Positions 48,427 to 58,513 of a stretch of 64,000 nt of DNA are shown here, in pieces. The stretch comes from Deltaproteobacteria bacterium (GTDB taxonomy: Bacteria > Desulfobacterota > Binatia > UTPRO1). Position 1 is the stretch's first letter; each line of letters starts with the position of its first letter. The stretch lies in assembly GCA_016200545.1 (NCBI GenBank), contig JACQEO010000084.1, positions 5,528-69,527 on the forward strand. Direction: 5' to 3'. The translations under genes were made by a program, and so were the position numbers. The notes below the pieces were generated by a model, which worked only from the letters and a program-made list of their open reading frames with translations, searched no databases and was not told where the DNA came from.

Positions 48427-49716
48427 TCAAAACCCGACCGCCAATTCGGACAGGAACTCGTGGTTGTTCGGCGCGTCACGCGGGATGTCGCGGTCGTACT
48501 CGAGCTTCCACACGACCGACGGCGTGATCCAGTAGTCGACGCCGAGCGATACCTGCCGCGGGTGCGGCAACTGCCCTTCCGGCGCTTGTCGCTGATTCTG
48601 ACCGGAGTAGCGCGCGACGAGCTCGACGCGATCCCACGGAGACGGCGCGATCTGGCTCAGCATGTAGCTCCCCTGGATGTAGTACCCTTCACGCTCGTCG
48701 CGCACCGCTCCCGGGAGGTCCCGCCGGGTCGAGATGTACTCTCCACGCAGCTCCGCGTCGCCGTACTGATAGACCGAATCGATGCCCCATGCCGTGAACC
48801 ACTTGCCGCCCTTCGCGTCCCACTCTCCGTCGTACGTCGACGCCCCGATCCGCAGGCGACCGGCATTCCATTCGAACGGCAGCGGGCGGAAGCCGACGCG
48901 CGCCCCGAATCCCTTGCTACGGTTCAAGTCGTCGTTGTTGAACGTCAGCGGGTCGCCGATCGCGCCGTCCCCGTCACCGGTGTCGAAGCGTGGCCCGTTG
49001 CCGACGTATGCGGTGTAGTCGACGTCCGCACCCAGGCCGTATCCGAGCCCGGCGCCGCCGTGAAGCTGCACGCCGAGATCGGTGAACGGCATGATGCCGC
49101 CCTCGTCGCCCTCGCGGAACGGCAACGGATGCGTCACCAGCTTGTTGATCCACGGCGGATGCAGCCGCTCGATGAACTCGCCGAAGGGCAGGAGAAACTT
49201 TCCCGCTGTAACCGTCAGATAGTCGTTCACCAGATAGTCGGCCTGCGCGAACTCGAGGTTCACCTCGGTCTCCGCGTCCTCCGGTAGTTTCACCTCGAGC
49301 TCGCCCGAGAACAGCAGACGATCGTTCAGCCGAAACAAGAAGATCGGATTGAAACCGCCGCTGAAGGTGTTGTGATTGGCGTTGTCGTCCCAGTGGTACT
49401 GAGCGAAGCCATATCCGGTGATCAGGAAGCGGTGTTCGCCGTAGTACGTGTCGAGCGCCCGTCGCAGTATGTCCGGCCGCAATCCGCTCGTCGCCGCTTG
49501 TTCCGCCTTCGGCTGTTCCGCTTGCCGCGCCTTCAGCTGTCCGACCGTCTCCTCGAGCTCTTTGATGCGCTGCTGGTTCCGCTCGTTCTCGTTTCGAAGT
49601 GCCTGGATCTCCGACTCGACGTCAGTCAGCGATCCTGCCGCCGGCACCGGGGCGGGCATCATGATGAAAGACGCAATCAGGAACGTGGCAAGCGTGTATC
49701 GACGTTGGATACGCAT
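48427..49716 (-). CDS. Outer-membrane porin-like beta-barrel protein with an N-terminal coiled coil
   Basis: Signal peptide 'MRIQRRYTLATFLIASFIMMPAPVPAAG'. Coiled coil 'ESEIQALRNENERNQQRIKELEETVGQLKAR'. Alternating amphipathic beta-strands ending in C-terminal 'ELAVGF' (aromatic terminus). Confidence 0.55.
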   Translation of the reverse strand: MRIQRRYTLATFLIASFIMMPAPVPAAGSLTDVESEIQALRNENERNQQRIKELEETVGQLKARQAEQPKAEQAATSGLRPDILRRALDTYYGEHRFLITGYGFAQYHWDDNANHNTFSGGFNPIFLFRLNDRLLFSGELEVKLPEDAETEVNLEFAQADYLVNDYLTVTAGKFLLPFGEFIERLHPPWINKLVTHPLPFREGDEGGIMPFTDLGVQLHGGAGLGYGLGADVDYTAYVGNGPRFDTGDGDGAIGDPLTFNNDDLNRSKGFGARVGFRPLPFEWNAGRLRIGASTYDGEWDAKGGKWFTAWGIDSVYQYGDAELRGEYISTRRDLPGAVRDEREGYYIQGSYMLSQIAPSPWDRVELVARYSGQNQRQAPEGQLPHPRQVSLGVDYWITPSVVWKLEYDRDIPRDAPNNHEFLSELAVGF

Positions 49717-50157
49717 CCCCAACCCTCCTCCGGTCCGCTGCGTTGTCACCGAGGAAAGCCCGGCTCCCGTCTAGCACCGGCCGTACCATCTCGACGCGTC
49801 CCGGAAAGAGCGATTTGCCGTGCGATCCTCCGATATTCGAGAAAATTCTGCGACGTATTCTCGACGCCGGGAACGCCGCGTCTGCCGTTCCTCTGTTCAT
49901 CCACCTTCGCTAGATTGCGATCGTGGCCGACGTCACCGGCCGCATGCTCCTTTCACATCGTGCCGGCCTGCCCGCGATCGGCCGCCCGCTTCCACGTCTT
50001 GCGCGGACGGAGACGATCGCGCACGCGATCGCCGAGGCATCATCAGCCCGGTCCGCGCTGGCAGAACCCGCGCAATCGGGCGCTCATCGCCGCGGTCTAC
50101 GCGTCCCTCCGATACGCCCCGTCCCGCCGTCGTCGCGACCTGCTCGTCGCTTCTCGG

Positions 50158-50925
50158 TCAGTCGAACGTGCCGTGGCGCCCGGCGCCGCGTGCGAAGCGC
50201 GTGGCGCCGGCGAGCGTCTCGCCCGATCGCAGCACCTCCATCCCGCGGCGGGTTTCCGCGCGCAACGCCTCCGGCAAACCGAGATGCCACTGCTCGTAGG
50301 CAGAGAGCCGGTCGCTGCGCAGACATTGCTGCGGAAACTTCCCCAGTTCCTTGGCAAGCGCGATCGCCGCCTCCACCGCCGTCCCCGGCGCGACGAGACG
50401 GTTCGCCAGTCCCATGCGCAGCGCTTCCGCGCCCGCAACCGGCCTGCCGGTCAGGATCATGTCGAGCGCGTGACTCTGGCCGATGAGCCGTGGCAGCCGA
50501 ATCGTGCCGCCGTCCATGAGCGGCACCCCCCATCGCCGGCAGAACACCCCGAACACCGCGTCCTCGGCGGCGACGCGCAGATCGCACCACAGCGCGAGCT
50601 CGAGCCCGCCCGCGACGGCGTACCCTTCGACGGCCGCGATCGTCGGCTTCGAGAGCAGTAGTCGCGTCGGACCCATCGGCGCGTCGCCGTCTTCGGCGAT
50701 GCGATTGCCGCGGCCCTCGGTGATGCCCTTCAGGTCGGCGCCCGCGCAGAACGTGCCGCCGGCGCCGGTCAACACCGCCGCGCTCGAGGAATCGTCGGCG
50801 TCGAAGCGACGGAACGCATCCGCGAGCGCCGCAGCCGTCGGTCCGTCGACGGCGTTCCGGGCTTCGGGCCTGTCGATCGTGATGACGGCGATGCCGCCGT
50901 CGGTGCCGTAGCGTACGCTGCCCAT
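50158..50925 (-). CDS. Enoyl-CoA hydratase/isomerase (crotonase) family protein
   Basis: '…AVLTGAGGTFCAGADLK…AAVEGYAVAGGLELALWCDLRVA' is the crotonase oxyanion-hole region. Confidence 0.8.
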   Translation of the reverse strand: MGSVRYGTDGGIAVITIDRPEARNAVDGPTAAALADAFRRFDADDSSSAAVLTGAGGTFCAGADLKGITEGRGNRIAEDGDAPMGPTRLLLSKPTIAAVEGYAVAGGLELALWCDLRVAAEDAVFGVFCRRWGVPLMDGGTIRLPRLIGQSHALDMILTGRPVAGAEALRMGLANRLVAPGTAVEAAIALAKELGKFPQQCLRSDRLSAYEQWHLGLPEALRAETRRGMEVLRSGETLAGATRFARGAGRHGTFD

Positions 50926-50944
50926 CGTTCCCTCCCGAACCGAA

Positions 50945-51991
50945 TCAACTCGTCGCGTGCGGCCGAAGCAGCTGTCCACAGGCGGCTGCGATGTCCGTCC
51001 CCAGCGAGAAGCGCGTCGTCACGACGAACCCCGCCGCCTTGAGCGTGGCGGAGAATGTCGCCTGGCGCGCTTGTGTCGACGGCCGCAGCCACGGTGCTTG
51101 GTCGATGGTGTTGAACGGGATCAGATTGAGATGCACGCGCAGCTCTCGGCAGTAGTCGATCAGCGCCTCGAGGTCGGCATCCGTGTCGTTGATACCGTCG
51201 AGCAGAAGATACTCGATCATGAGCGGCCGCGCGCGCAGTGCTTGGATCTCGCGCAGGGCGCGGTGCATCTCCCGGAGCGGAGTCTGTTTCGCGAGCGGCA
51301 TGAGGCGCTCGCGCACCTCTTGTCGTGCGGCGTGGAGGCTGAGCGCGAGATTGACCTCTGGAAAGCGCGCGACGAAGCGCCGCAGCTCGTCGATGATCCC
51401 GATCGTCGAGACCATGACGTGACGCGGACTGAGAGCGAACCATTGTGGATCGATCAGCCGCGCCACCGCCTCCTCGACGGCGGCGCGATTGTGCATCGGC
51501 TCGCCCATCCCCATGAACACGACGTTCCGCAGCCGCCGTCCCTCTGTTTGCAAGATCCTCCCCGCCATGGCGACTTGCTCCACGATCTCTTCCACGGCGA
51601 GGCTGCGCGCCATGCCCATGTGACCGGTTGCGCAAAACTGACAATGCGCCGCGCACCCGACTTGGGACGAGACGCAGACCGAGCTGCGTCCGCTCAGGAT
51701 TCGCAGAATCACGCTTTCGAGCGCCAGGCCGGCTCTGGTCTTCAGCACCAACTTCGTGGCGCCGTCGCGCGCGGAATCCCGGCGCAGCACTTCCTGCAGA
51801 CCATCGACCGCCACGTGCTCCGCGAGCTTGGACCCCGTCGCCGGGGACAGCAGCGCGACGGCTTCTTCCGGCGTGAGCCCGCGCTTGTAGATCGCGTTCC
51901 GCAGGGTCCGAAGATCCTCCCGACGCAGACCCGTGGTCGCGCGGACGGCTTCCAGCACTCCGGGCCGATGGATGGATGGCCGATCGGGCAT
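50945..51991 (-). CDS. rlmN: Radical-SAM 23S rRNA/tRNA adenine-C2 methyltransferase (RlmN/Cfr family)
   Basis: 'VCVSSQVGCAAHCQFCATG' (CxxxCxxC), 'FMGMGEP', and the conserved C-terminal Cys ('DIAAACGQL'). Confidence 0.8.
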   Translation of the reverse strand: MPDRPSIHRPGVLEAVRATTGLRREDLRTLRNAIYKRGLTPEEAVALLSPATGSKLAEHVAVDGLQEVLRRDSARDGATKLVLKTRAGLALESVILRILSGRSSVCVSSQVGCAAHCQFCATGHMGMARSLAVEEIVEQVAMAGRILQTEGRRLRNVVFMGMGEPMHNRAAVEEAVARLIDPQWFALSPRHVMVSTIGIIDELRRFVARFPEVNLALSLHAARQEVRERLMPLAKQTPLREMHRALREIQALRARPLMIEYLLLDGINDTDADLEALIDYCRELRVHLNLIPFNTIDQAPWLRPSTQARQATFSATLKAAGFVVTTRFSLGTDIAAACGQLLRPHATS

Positions 51992-52168
51992 CGACCCTTC
52001 CATAGCGTCCCGCCGCATCGAAGGGGAACCCGCTTCGAGGGCGCCGCACGTCGACGGCGGGCGGCGGCGCAGCGCTCCGCAGCCGGCCCTCGACGACGGC
52101 TTCTGTCCGGATCGCTACTGACAGGCCGGCAATTGCCCGGGGAACTGGGTCCCAGCGGCATTGTGCTT

Positions 52169-53259
52169 TCAGCAGTTGCCCGTACCCGTCGTATCCCACG
52201 CGAGATCGACCGCGAATACCGGATTGATCAAAGGCGAGGGAGCGGTTCCGTTCCCGAATGCCGCATTGAAACGAACCTGGTCGAAGTCCGAGTTCGGCTC
52301 GATGTCCAGAGACGCGCACTGATCCGGCGTGAGGTTGTTCGCGACGCAGTAGTTCGCCACGGCGATGCCGAACGAGTCGTTGCCGAGCACGATGTTGTGG
52401 TCGACCAGGTTGCTGTCCGCGGCGAGGACGAGGAGCCCCCCGCCCTGCGGCACGGCGCAGACCTCGTCGGCCGGATCCAGACAGGTATTGGGTTTGTTGT
52501 TGTCATGTACGAAGTTGTGATCGATTCGATCGTTCGCGTTCTGCTTCACGTCGAGAAAGATGTTCGTGAACGTCAGGAGGCCCGCGGTATTCCCCTTCGC
52601 CTCGTTGTGGTCGACCCGACTGTTGCTCGTGTTTTCGAGCTCGAAGCCGCTGACGTTCCCGGAGGCGAGATTCAGCTTCACACGGACGTCGTGCGACTGA
52701 CCGACGTAGATGCCGGTGTCGTTCGAGCCCGTCGCGACGTTGCCTACGACCTCCCCTGCCCCGCAGTGGGAAGGAAAATGCCGTACTCGGCGTTGTCGTG
52801 CACCGAGTTTCCCGCGACACGCCAATGGTCGACGCAAAAGAGAAAGATGCCGTCGCCGTCGAAGCCATCGACGGTGAATCCTCGAACCAGAGCGCCGTTG
52901 ATCCGCTGGCTCTGATCGGTCAGGCAGTCCGGTCCCGCCGCCCCGGCCTTGGCGACGGCGATGCCTTGCTCCTGACCGCCGGCATTCTCGAGGATCACTG
53001 GCCTCGGACCCGCAAGGGCGACGAGCGAAATGTGATCCTTCGTGATCACGACGGCGCAGCTATTGCCGGGCTCGGTCGGACATGGCCGGCCCGCTTCGTG
53101 ATAGGTCCCGGGTCGAACGGCCGCTGTGTCTCCCGGCGCGGCTTGGTCGACCGCCGCCTGGATCGAGTCGTGAGGGCCGACGATGATCGTCCGACCGCTC
53201 GCAACCGGAACGTGGATGGCAAGCATAGCCGCGATCACGAACCACAGAGTCACACGCAT
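52169..53259 (-). CDS. Secreted parallel beta-helix repeat protein (NosD/pectin-lyase-like); frame interrupted by an apparent -1 frameshift near 52768-52775
   Basis: Signal peptide 'MRVTLWFVIAAMLAIHVPVASG'. The N-terminal half ('…GNSVHDNAEYGIFLP…') and the C-terminal half ('…SHCGAGEVVGNVATGSNDTGIYVGQSHDVRVKLNLASGNVSGFELENTSNSRVDHNEAKGN…') are in adjacent frames, joined if one C is restored in 'ttcc'. Confidence 0.5.
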
Positions 53260-53576
53260 GGGTCACCTCCTAGGTTGAGGTGGGGTTGACGCTGGAGTCG
53301 CGGGAAAGTTTCCTCCCGCGATCAATCCGTAGTCAAGTTGTACGGCTCCCTGGGAGAACTCACGGCGTATGGCGCACGTTTTCAAGCGCTTGCGCTCGGA
53401 AGGCAAGCCGCGCACGCAAGTGCTTGTCCTCGCGCGCCAAGCCCTGTAGAAGCTCAGGGCAGTCGTGAGGTGATGGTAGTATTCCGTTTTGGGCTGCGGG
53501 TTCCTGCCGCGGTCCTGATTTCAATGGCAGAGCACCTTCCCTCGAAGACGAGTCCAACGAAAGGAGGGAACCGCTC

Positions 53577-53780
53577 ATGCCAATTGGCACAGTGAAATGG
53601 TTCAACCCCGAGAAGGGGTTTGGCTTCATCACACAGACCGGCGGCGAAGACGTTTTCGTACACTTCAAAGCCATCGCGAGCGACGGCTTCAAGTCGCTCG
53701 ACGAAGGCCAGAAGGTCGAGTTCGAGATCGTCAAGGGCCCGAAGGGCCTGCAGGCCGCGAACGTCGTCAAAGTTTCCTAA
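53577..53780 (+). CDS. cspA: Cold-shock protein (CspA family)
   Basis: '[33 protein letters not shown]' gives the RNP1/RNP2 motifs. A ~300-nt leader precedes it, as is typical for csp genes. Confidence 0.9.
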   Translation: MPIGTVKWFNPEKGFGFITQTGGEDVFVHFKAIASDGFKSLDEGQKVEFEIVKGPKGLQAANVVKVS

Positions 53781-53789
53781 GTGAGTCGA

Positions 53790-53828
53790 CCGGCACCTCG
53801 GATACGTCCGGGGTGCCGGTAGCTTTTC
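53790..53828 (+). terminator. Rho-independent terminator after cspA
   Basis: CCGGCACC–(14-nt loop)–GGTGCCGG perfect 8-bp stem followed by TAGCTTTTCC. Confidence 0.6.
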
Positions 53829-53900
53829 CAGCCCACGACCGGCGAACCTCCCGCCTCGAAGCACGCAACGCCCTCTGCATTGACAACCTCGCGACGGTGA

Positions 53901-54308
<408 letters not shown>

Positions 54309-54356
54309 CGCCTGCCTGCGACACGCTTTCCCACGCCTTTCCAAGGAGGAGCAGCC

Positions 54357-56045
54357 ATGAGCGCGCGTCTTTCTCTCCAGTCGTCGCGATTCCGCGTCCT
54401 GCCGATGGTCGCGGGTCTCGTCTTGGGCACGATGATTGTCGCAACGTTCATCTCCGTCTGTCGGGCCGACGACGAACCCAAGCCGGATCCCGCGGGCATC
54501 GTCACAGGTGACCGGACGAGCGTCTTCGACGCCGGCGGGACGAGTTTCGTCGTCTCCGAGCCGACGGATAAGTCGGTGCCAGACTACGCCCAGAAGCAGA
54601 AGGACTACGACGAGTTCCAAGGGCAGGCCGCCAAGGAGCCACTGGCGATGAAGCTCGCCGACGGCGTCGGACACGTACGGCTCGCGACCAACTTCGGCTG
54701 GACCCTGAATACGGGCTATCTCGTCCTCTTCATGCAGGCCGGGTTCGCGCTCCTCACCTGCGGACTGATGCGCAAGAAGAACGCCGCTCACTTGATGATG
54801 CTGAACTTCGCAGCCTACGTCTTCGCCTTCCTCGCGTACTACGCCGTGGGCTTCGCGTTTCAGTTCGGCGCGGTCGCCGTCAACGCGGCGCCGTTGAACC
54901 TGGGCGGGACACCGACCCTGAACTCATTCCTGATCGGGAACGGATCGTGGGGGTGGCTTGGCGGCAAGGGGTTCTTCTTGAGCGGTCCGGCCTATGACGC
55001 GGGCGCCAACGCGTTGACGCTGTTCGAGGTGGTCTTCATGGAGACCGCCGGCTACATCATCGTCGGGGCCATCTGCGAGCGCATCACCTTCGGCGCTTTC
55101 CTGCTCTGCGAGATGTTCGTCGGCGCCATCCTCTATCCGATCTTCGGCTGCTGGGTCTGGGGCGGCGGATGGCTGTCCCAGCTCGGGACGAGCATGGGCC
55201 TCGGCCACGGCTACGTCGATTTCGCCGGGTCGACCGTCGTCCACGCCGTCGGCGGGTTCTGCGCCATGGCGCTGGCGGTCGTCCTCGGACCGCGGCTCGG
55301 CAAGTACGGGCCGGACGGGAAGGCGCGGGCGTTCCCGGCGCACAACATTCCGTTCGTGGTCACGGGGACGTTCATCTTGCTGTTCGGGTGGATGGGCTTC
55401 AACCCGGGGTCGACCCTCGGCGCGACCGACCTCCGCATTTCCGTCATCGCCGTCAACACGAATCTCGCGGCGGTCGCCGGCGCCGCCTCCGCCATGGTCT
55501 TCTGGTACATGAGGTTCGGGAAACCGGACATCACCATGGCGTGCAACGGCATGCTCGCCGGCCTGGTCGCGATCACCGCTCCCTGCGCCTTCGTCAGTGC
55601 GAACTCGGCGGTCGTCATTGGCATCTTGGCCGGAATCGTCGTGTGCGTGGGCGTACTCTTCAACGAAAACGTCCTCAAGGTCGACGACCCGTGCGGCGCG
55701 ATCTCAGTGCACGGCTACGGCGGATTGCTCGGCGGCATCTCTCTCGGACTCTTTGCCGATGGGACTTATGGCGCCGGCTGGAACGGCGTCGGCGCCGCGA
55801 GCTATCTGGGAACGGCGGGCCAGGGCGTGACCGGTCTGCTCTACGGGGACACGAGTCAGTTCCTTTGCCAGGTGATCGGCGCCAGTACGTCGGCGCTGTG
55901 GGCGTTCGGCGCGACGTTCGTGGTCTTCAAGACCGTGAACGCGATCCGGAGCATGCGTCCGACGATGGACAACGAGCGCGAAGGACTCGATGTGCCGCAG
56001 TTCGGACTCCTCGCGTATCCCGAGGACGCGGTCGTGTCCGACTAG
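54357..56045 (+). CDS. amtB: Ammonium transporter (Amt family) with a long N-terminal periplasmic extension
   Basis: RBS AAGGAGG; 11 TM helices; Amt signature region ('…DFAGSTVVHAVGGFCAMALAVVLGPRLGKY…'). Confidence 0.9.
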   Translation: MSARLSLQSSRFRVLPMVAGLVLGTMIVATFISVCRADDEPKPDPAGIVTGDRTSVFDAGGTSFVVSEPTDKSVPDYAQKQKDYDEFQGQAAKEPLAMKLADGVGHVRLATNFGWTLNTGYLVLFMQAGFALLTCGLMRKKNAAHLMMLNFAAYVFAFLAYYAVGFAFQFGAVAVNAAPLNLGGTPTLNSFLIGNGSWGWLGGKGFFLSGPAYDAGANALTLFEVVFMETAGYIIVGAICERITFGAFLLCEMFVGAILYPIFGCWVWGGGWLSQLGTSMGLGHGYVDFAGSTVVHAVGGFCAMALAVVLGPRLGKYGPDGKARAFPAHNIPFVVTGTFILLFGWMGFNPGSTLGATDLRISVIAVNTNLAAVAGAASAMVFWYMRFGKPDITMACNGMLAGLVAITAPCAFVSANSAVVIGILAGIVVCVGVLFNENVLKVDDPCGAISVHGYGGLLGGISLGLFADGTYGAGWNGVGAASYLGTAGQGVTGLLYGDTSQFLCQVIGASTSALWAFGATFVVFKTVNAIRSMRPTMDNEREGLDVPQFGLLAYPEDAVVSD

Positions 56046-56130
56046 AAACGGCCTGGTCGCCTGGCGGAGCGAGCGGCTCAGTTTCGCGCAAGGTTCATCT
56101 TCCGTGGCCGGCGGCAACCCAATCAGAACG

Positions 56131-56736
56131 GTGGAGGTCTTGCCGCCGTCGGCGAGCGGCGAGACGCGCCTCGTCCTTCAGGCCATCGCAGCGATCGTGT
56201 TCGGATCGTTCTTCGTGATCGGGTTTCACGCGAGCGATGGTGGTCTCGACGGCGGACCCCGCGCGGGTGACCTCGCCCCCTTCCAGATCTTCTTCCGGGA
56301 TGCCACGCCGACCGTGCAACGCACGATGCGCGAGCTGCAGGAAGGAGTGACCGAAGCCGAGAACGCGCGCAGCGCGAGCAAGCGCTGGCCGACAGTCGAG
56401 ACGCTCGCGGCGCAGGGAATCCCGCCCTTCACGAATGCCTCGGACCGCTGGCGCCTCGTCCAATCCGGCCTTTACGTGACCTACGTCGGCACGTCGGCGG
56501 TCGGACCTGACGCCCCCGCCTTCCTCGCGCTCATCCAGGAACCCGAGCTGGGCTACGTCGAGACCGTCATGCCGGCGGCGCCGTCCGATGAGCTCCACCA
56601 TCGGCTCTCCGACGGTACGTTGCTCCACGTATCCTTTTGGTTCCATCGCGAGAGCGTCGTTGCGGACGATCAAGTGATCGCGCGGCCGTTCGCCACGGGG
56701 TGGACGCAGGTGCTCGTCGGTCGGCAACGCCCGTAG
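56131..56736 (+). CDS. Hypothetical single-TM protein downstream of amtB
   Basis: GTG start inferred. TM 'LVLQAIAAIVFGSFFVIGF'. No recognisable domain. Weak RBS. Confidence 0.3.
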   Translation: MEVLPPSASGETRLVLQAIAAIVFGSFFVIGFHASDGGLDGGPRAGDLAPFQIFFRDATPTVQRTMRELQEGVTEAENARSASKRWPTVETLAAQGIPPFTNASDRWRLVQSGLYVTYVGTSAVGPDAPAFLALIQEPELGYVETVMPAAPSDELHHRLSDGTLLHVSFWFHRESVVADDQVIARPFATGWTQVLVGRQRP

Positions 56737-56795
56737 CGACATGCCATCCGGGCGCACGCGTTGACACCGACAGCGAAGACGTACTACCGACACAC

Positions 56796-57395
56796 ATGAA
56801 CCGTCACGCGCGTCGTCTGCAATTTTTCCAGTCCTCCCTCCTCGCTCTGATCGTGCTCCTCCCTTCGTTGGCGCACGCCCACGTCGGGATCGGGCTTACC
56901 AGCGGCTGGGCTCACGGGTTCGCGCATCCGATCAGCGGACTCGATCACGTGTGTGCCATGGTCGCGATCGGACTCTTGGCGGCGGAGCGCGGCGAACGCG
57001 CCGTGTGGGTCGTGCCGCTGACGTTCCTCACCTCGATGGCGTTCGGCGCGCTGCTCGGCATGACGGCGGTCTCCGTTCCCTTCGTCGAGCAAGGCGTCGT
57101 GATGTCGGTCCTCGTCTTGGGTGTGCTCGTCGCCGCGGCGGTGCGACTTCCGCTCGTCGCCGACGTCGTCATCGTGATGCTGTTTGCGGTGTGTCATGGG
57201 CACGTCCACGGCACGGAGATGACGACGACGGCCTTGGGCGTAGCCTACGGCGCCGGGTTCCTCGCCGGCACGGCGCTCCTTCATGCCGTCGGCATCGGCA
57301 TCGCGCTTCTTCCACGCAAGATCGGCGAAGTGAGAGCTGCCCGCTTTGCGGGAGCGGTGATCGCCGTCTGCGGAGTCTACCTGTATCTCCCGTAG
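56796..57395 (+). CDS. HupE/UreJ-family metal (Ni/Co) transporter
   Basis: Signal peptide plus 'HVGIGLTSGWAHGFAHPISGLDHVCAMVAIGL…AVCHGHVHGTEM' gives the His-rich N-terminus and 6 TM segments typical of HupE/UreJ. Confidence 0.75.
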   Translation: MNRHARRLQFFQSSLLALIVLLPSLAHAHVGIGLTSGWAHGFAHPISGLDHVCAMVAIGLLAAERGERAVWVVPLTFLTSMAFGALLGMTAVSVPFVEQGVVMSVLVLGVLVAAAVRLPLVADVVIVMLFAVCHGHVHGTEMTTTALGVAYGAGFLAGTALLHAVGIGIALLPRKIGEVRAARFAGAVIAVCGVYLYLP

Positions 57396-57438
57396 CCCTC
57401 GGGAGTGGACTCTCCTTGCGCTCGAGCACGAAGGCAGC

Positions 57439-58413
57439 ATGAACCGGCGGCTTCGTGTGCTGTTCCTCACGTGCCACCTGATCGGATCGGCGGCCATGGC
57501 GCCCGCGGCCGGCGCGGCGTCGAGTGATCCTGCCGCCCCGCCACCGCTCAAGGTCGGCGTCACCCTGCACCCCTACTACTCGTGGACGAAAAACATCGTC
57601 GGCGCGACCGGTGTCGAGGTACGTCCGGTGATCGCCGGTGAGATCGACGCCGGGAACTACCAGCCCTCACCCGACGACATCGTCAAGCTGAAGGACCTCG
57701 ACGCGATCGTGGTGAACGGCGTCGGGCACGACGACTTCATCTTCGACATGATCAAGGCATCCGGAAACGACCGGATCACCATCATCCGTCCCAATGACGT
57801 CGTCCCGCTGTTGCGCGCCACCAACGGCGAGGGGGTGAACTCGCATACGTTCATCTCCTTCAGCAACGCGATCCAACAAACCTACGCGATCGCGCGCGCG
57901 CTCGCGACCCTACGACCGGCGCTGGCCACGACCTTTCAAGAGAACGCCGCCGACTACGCTCGCCGTCTGCGCACGATCAAAGCGAACGCCGCACGGGCGC
58001 TCGCGGACGCGCGCACCACCCGCGTCGTGACGGTCCACGACGGCTACACGTATCTCATGCAGGAGTTCGGCATCGAGATCGCGGGCGTCGTCGAGCCGGC
58101 GCACGGCCTCGTACCGTCGGCCGCCGAGCTCGAGCGGATGGTCGATCTGATGAAGCGCGAGAAGATCGTCGTCGTGTTCAGCGAGGAGGGCTTCCCGAAA
58201 CCGCTGCTGAACGTCCTTCGCGAGTCGACGGGCGCGCGTGTGTACATCATCAGCCACATCGCCCGTGGCGCGTATACCGCCGAGGAGTTCGAGCGCACGA
58301 TGCAGGGCAACGTCGACGTCATGATCCAGGCGTTGGTGCGGGACGCGAGCGCGACCGTCGCCGAGCGCTACAGAGTAGCGACGCTCGATGCCGCCAATAC
58401 GCTCGTGCGATAG
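57439..58413 (+). CDS. Metal ABC transporter substrate-binding protein (ZnuA/TroA cluster-9 family); orphan with no adjacent ATPase or permease
   Basis: '…KVGVTLHPYYSWTKNIVG…VVNGVGHDDFIFDM…NSHTFISFSNA…VHDGYTYLMQEFG…' fits the TroA-like fold. Confidence 0.8.
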   Translation: MNRRLRVLFLTCHLIGSAAMAPAAGAASSDPAAPPPLKVGVTLHPYYSWTKNIVGATGVEVRPVIAGEIDAGNYQPSPDDIVKLKDLDAIVVNGVGHDDFIFDMIKASGNDRITIIRPNDVVPLLRATNGEGVNSHTFISFSNAIQQTYAIARALATLRPALATTFQENAADYARRLRTIKANAARALADARTTRVVTVHDGYTYLMQEFGIEIAGVVEPAHGLVPSAAELERMVDLMKREKIVVVFSEEGFPKPLLNVLRESTGARVYIISHIARGAYTAEEFERTMQGNVDVMIQALVRDASATVAERYRVATLDAANTLVR

Positions 58414-58513
58414 ATCCGCATTGCGACGCGGTGAATGAAAGGCTGCTGCCAGTGGACGTCAAGTCGCGACCAACGGGCACCGTGACCTTTGCTCGCGCAC
58501 GCGCTACACAAGC

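Noticed and set aside
53280-53576. ORFs of 62-85 aa predicted inside the cspA upstream region
   Set aside because: They overlap the long 5' leader characteristic of cold-shock genes, lack an RBS, and have noise-like composition. The region is more likely a structured 5'-UTR.
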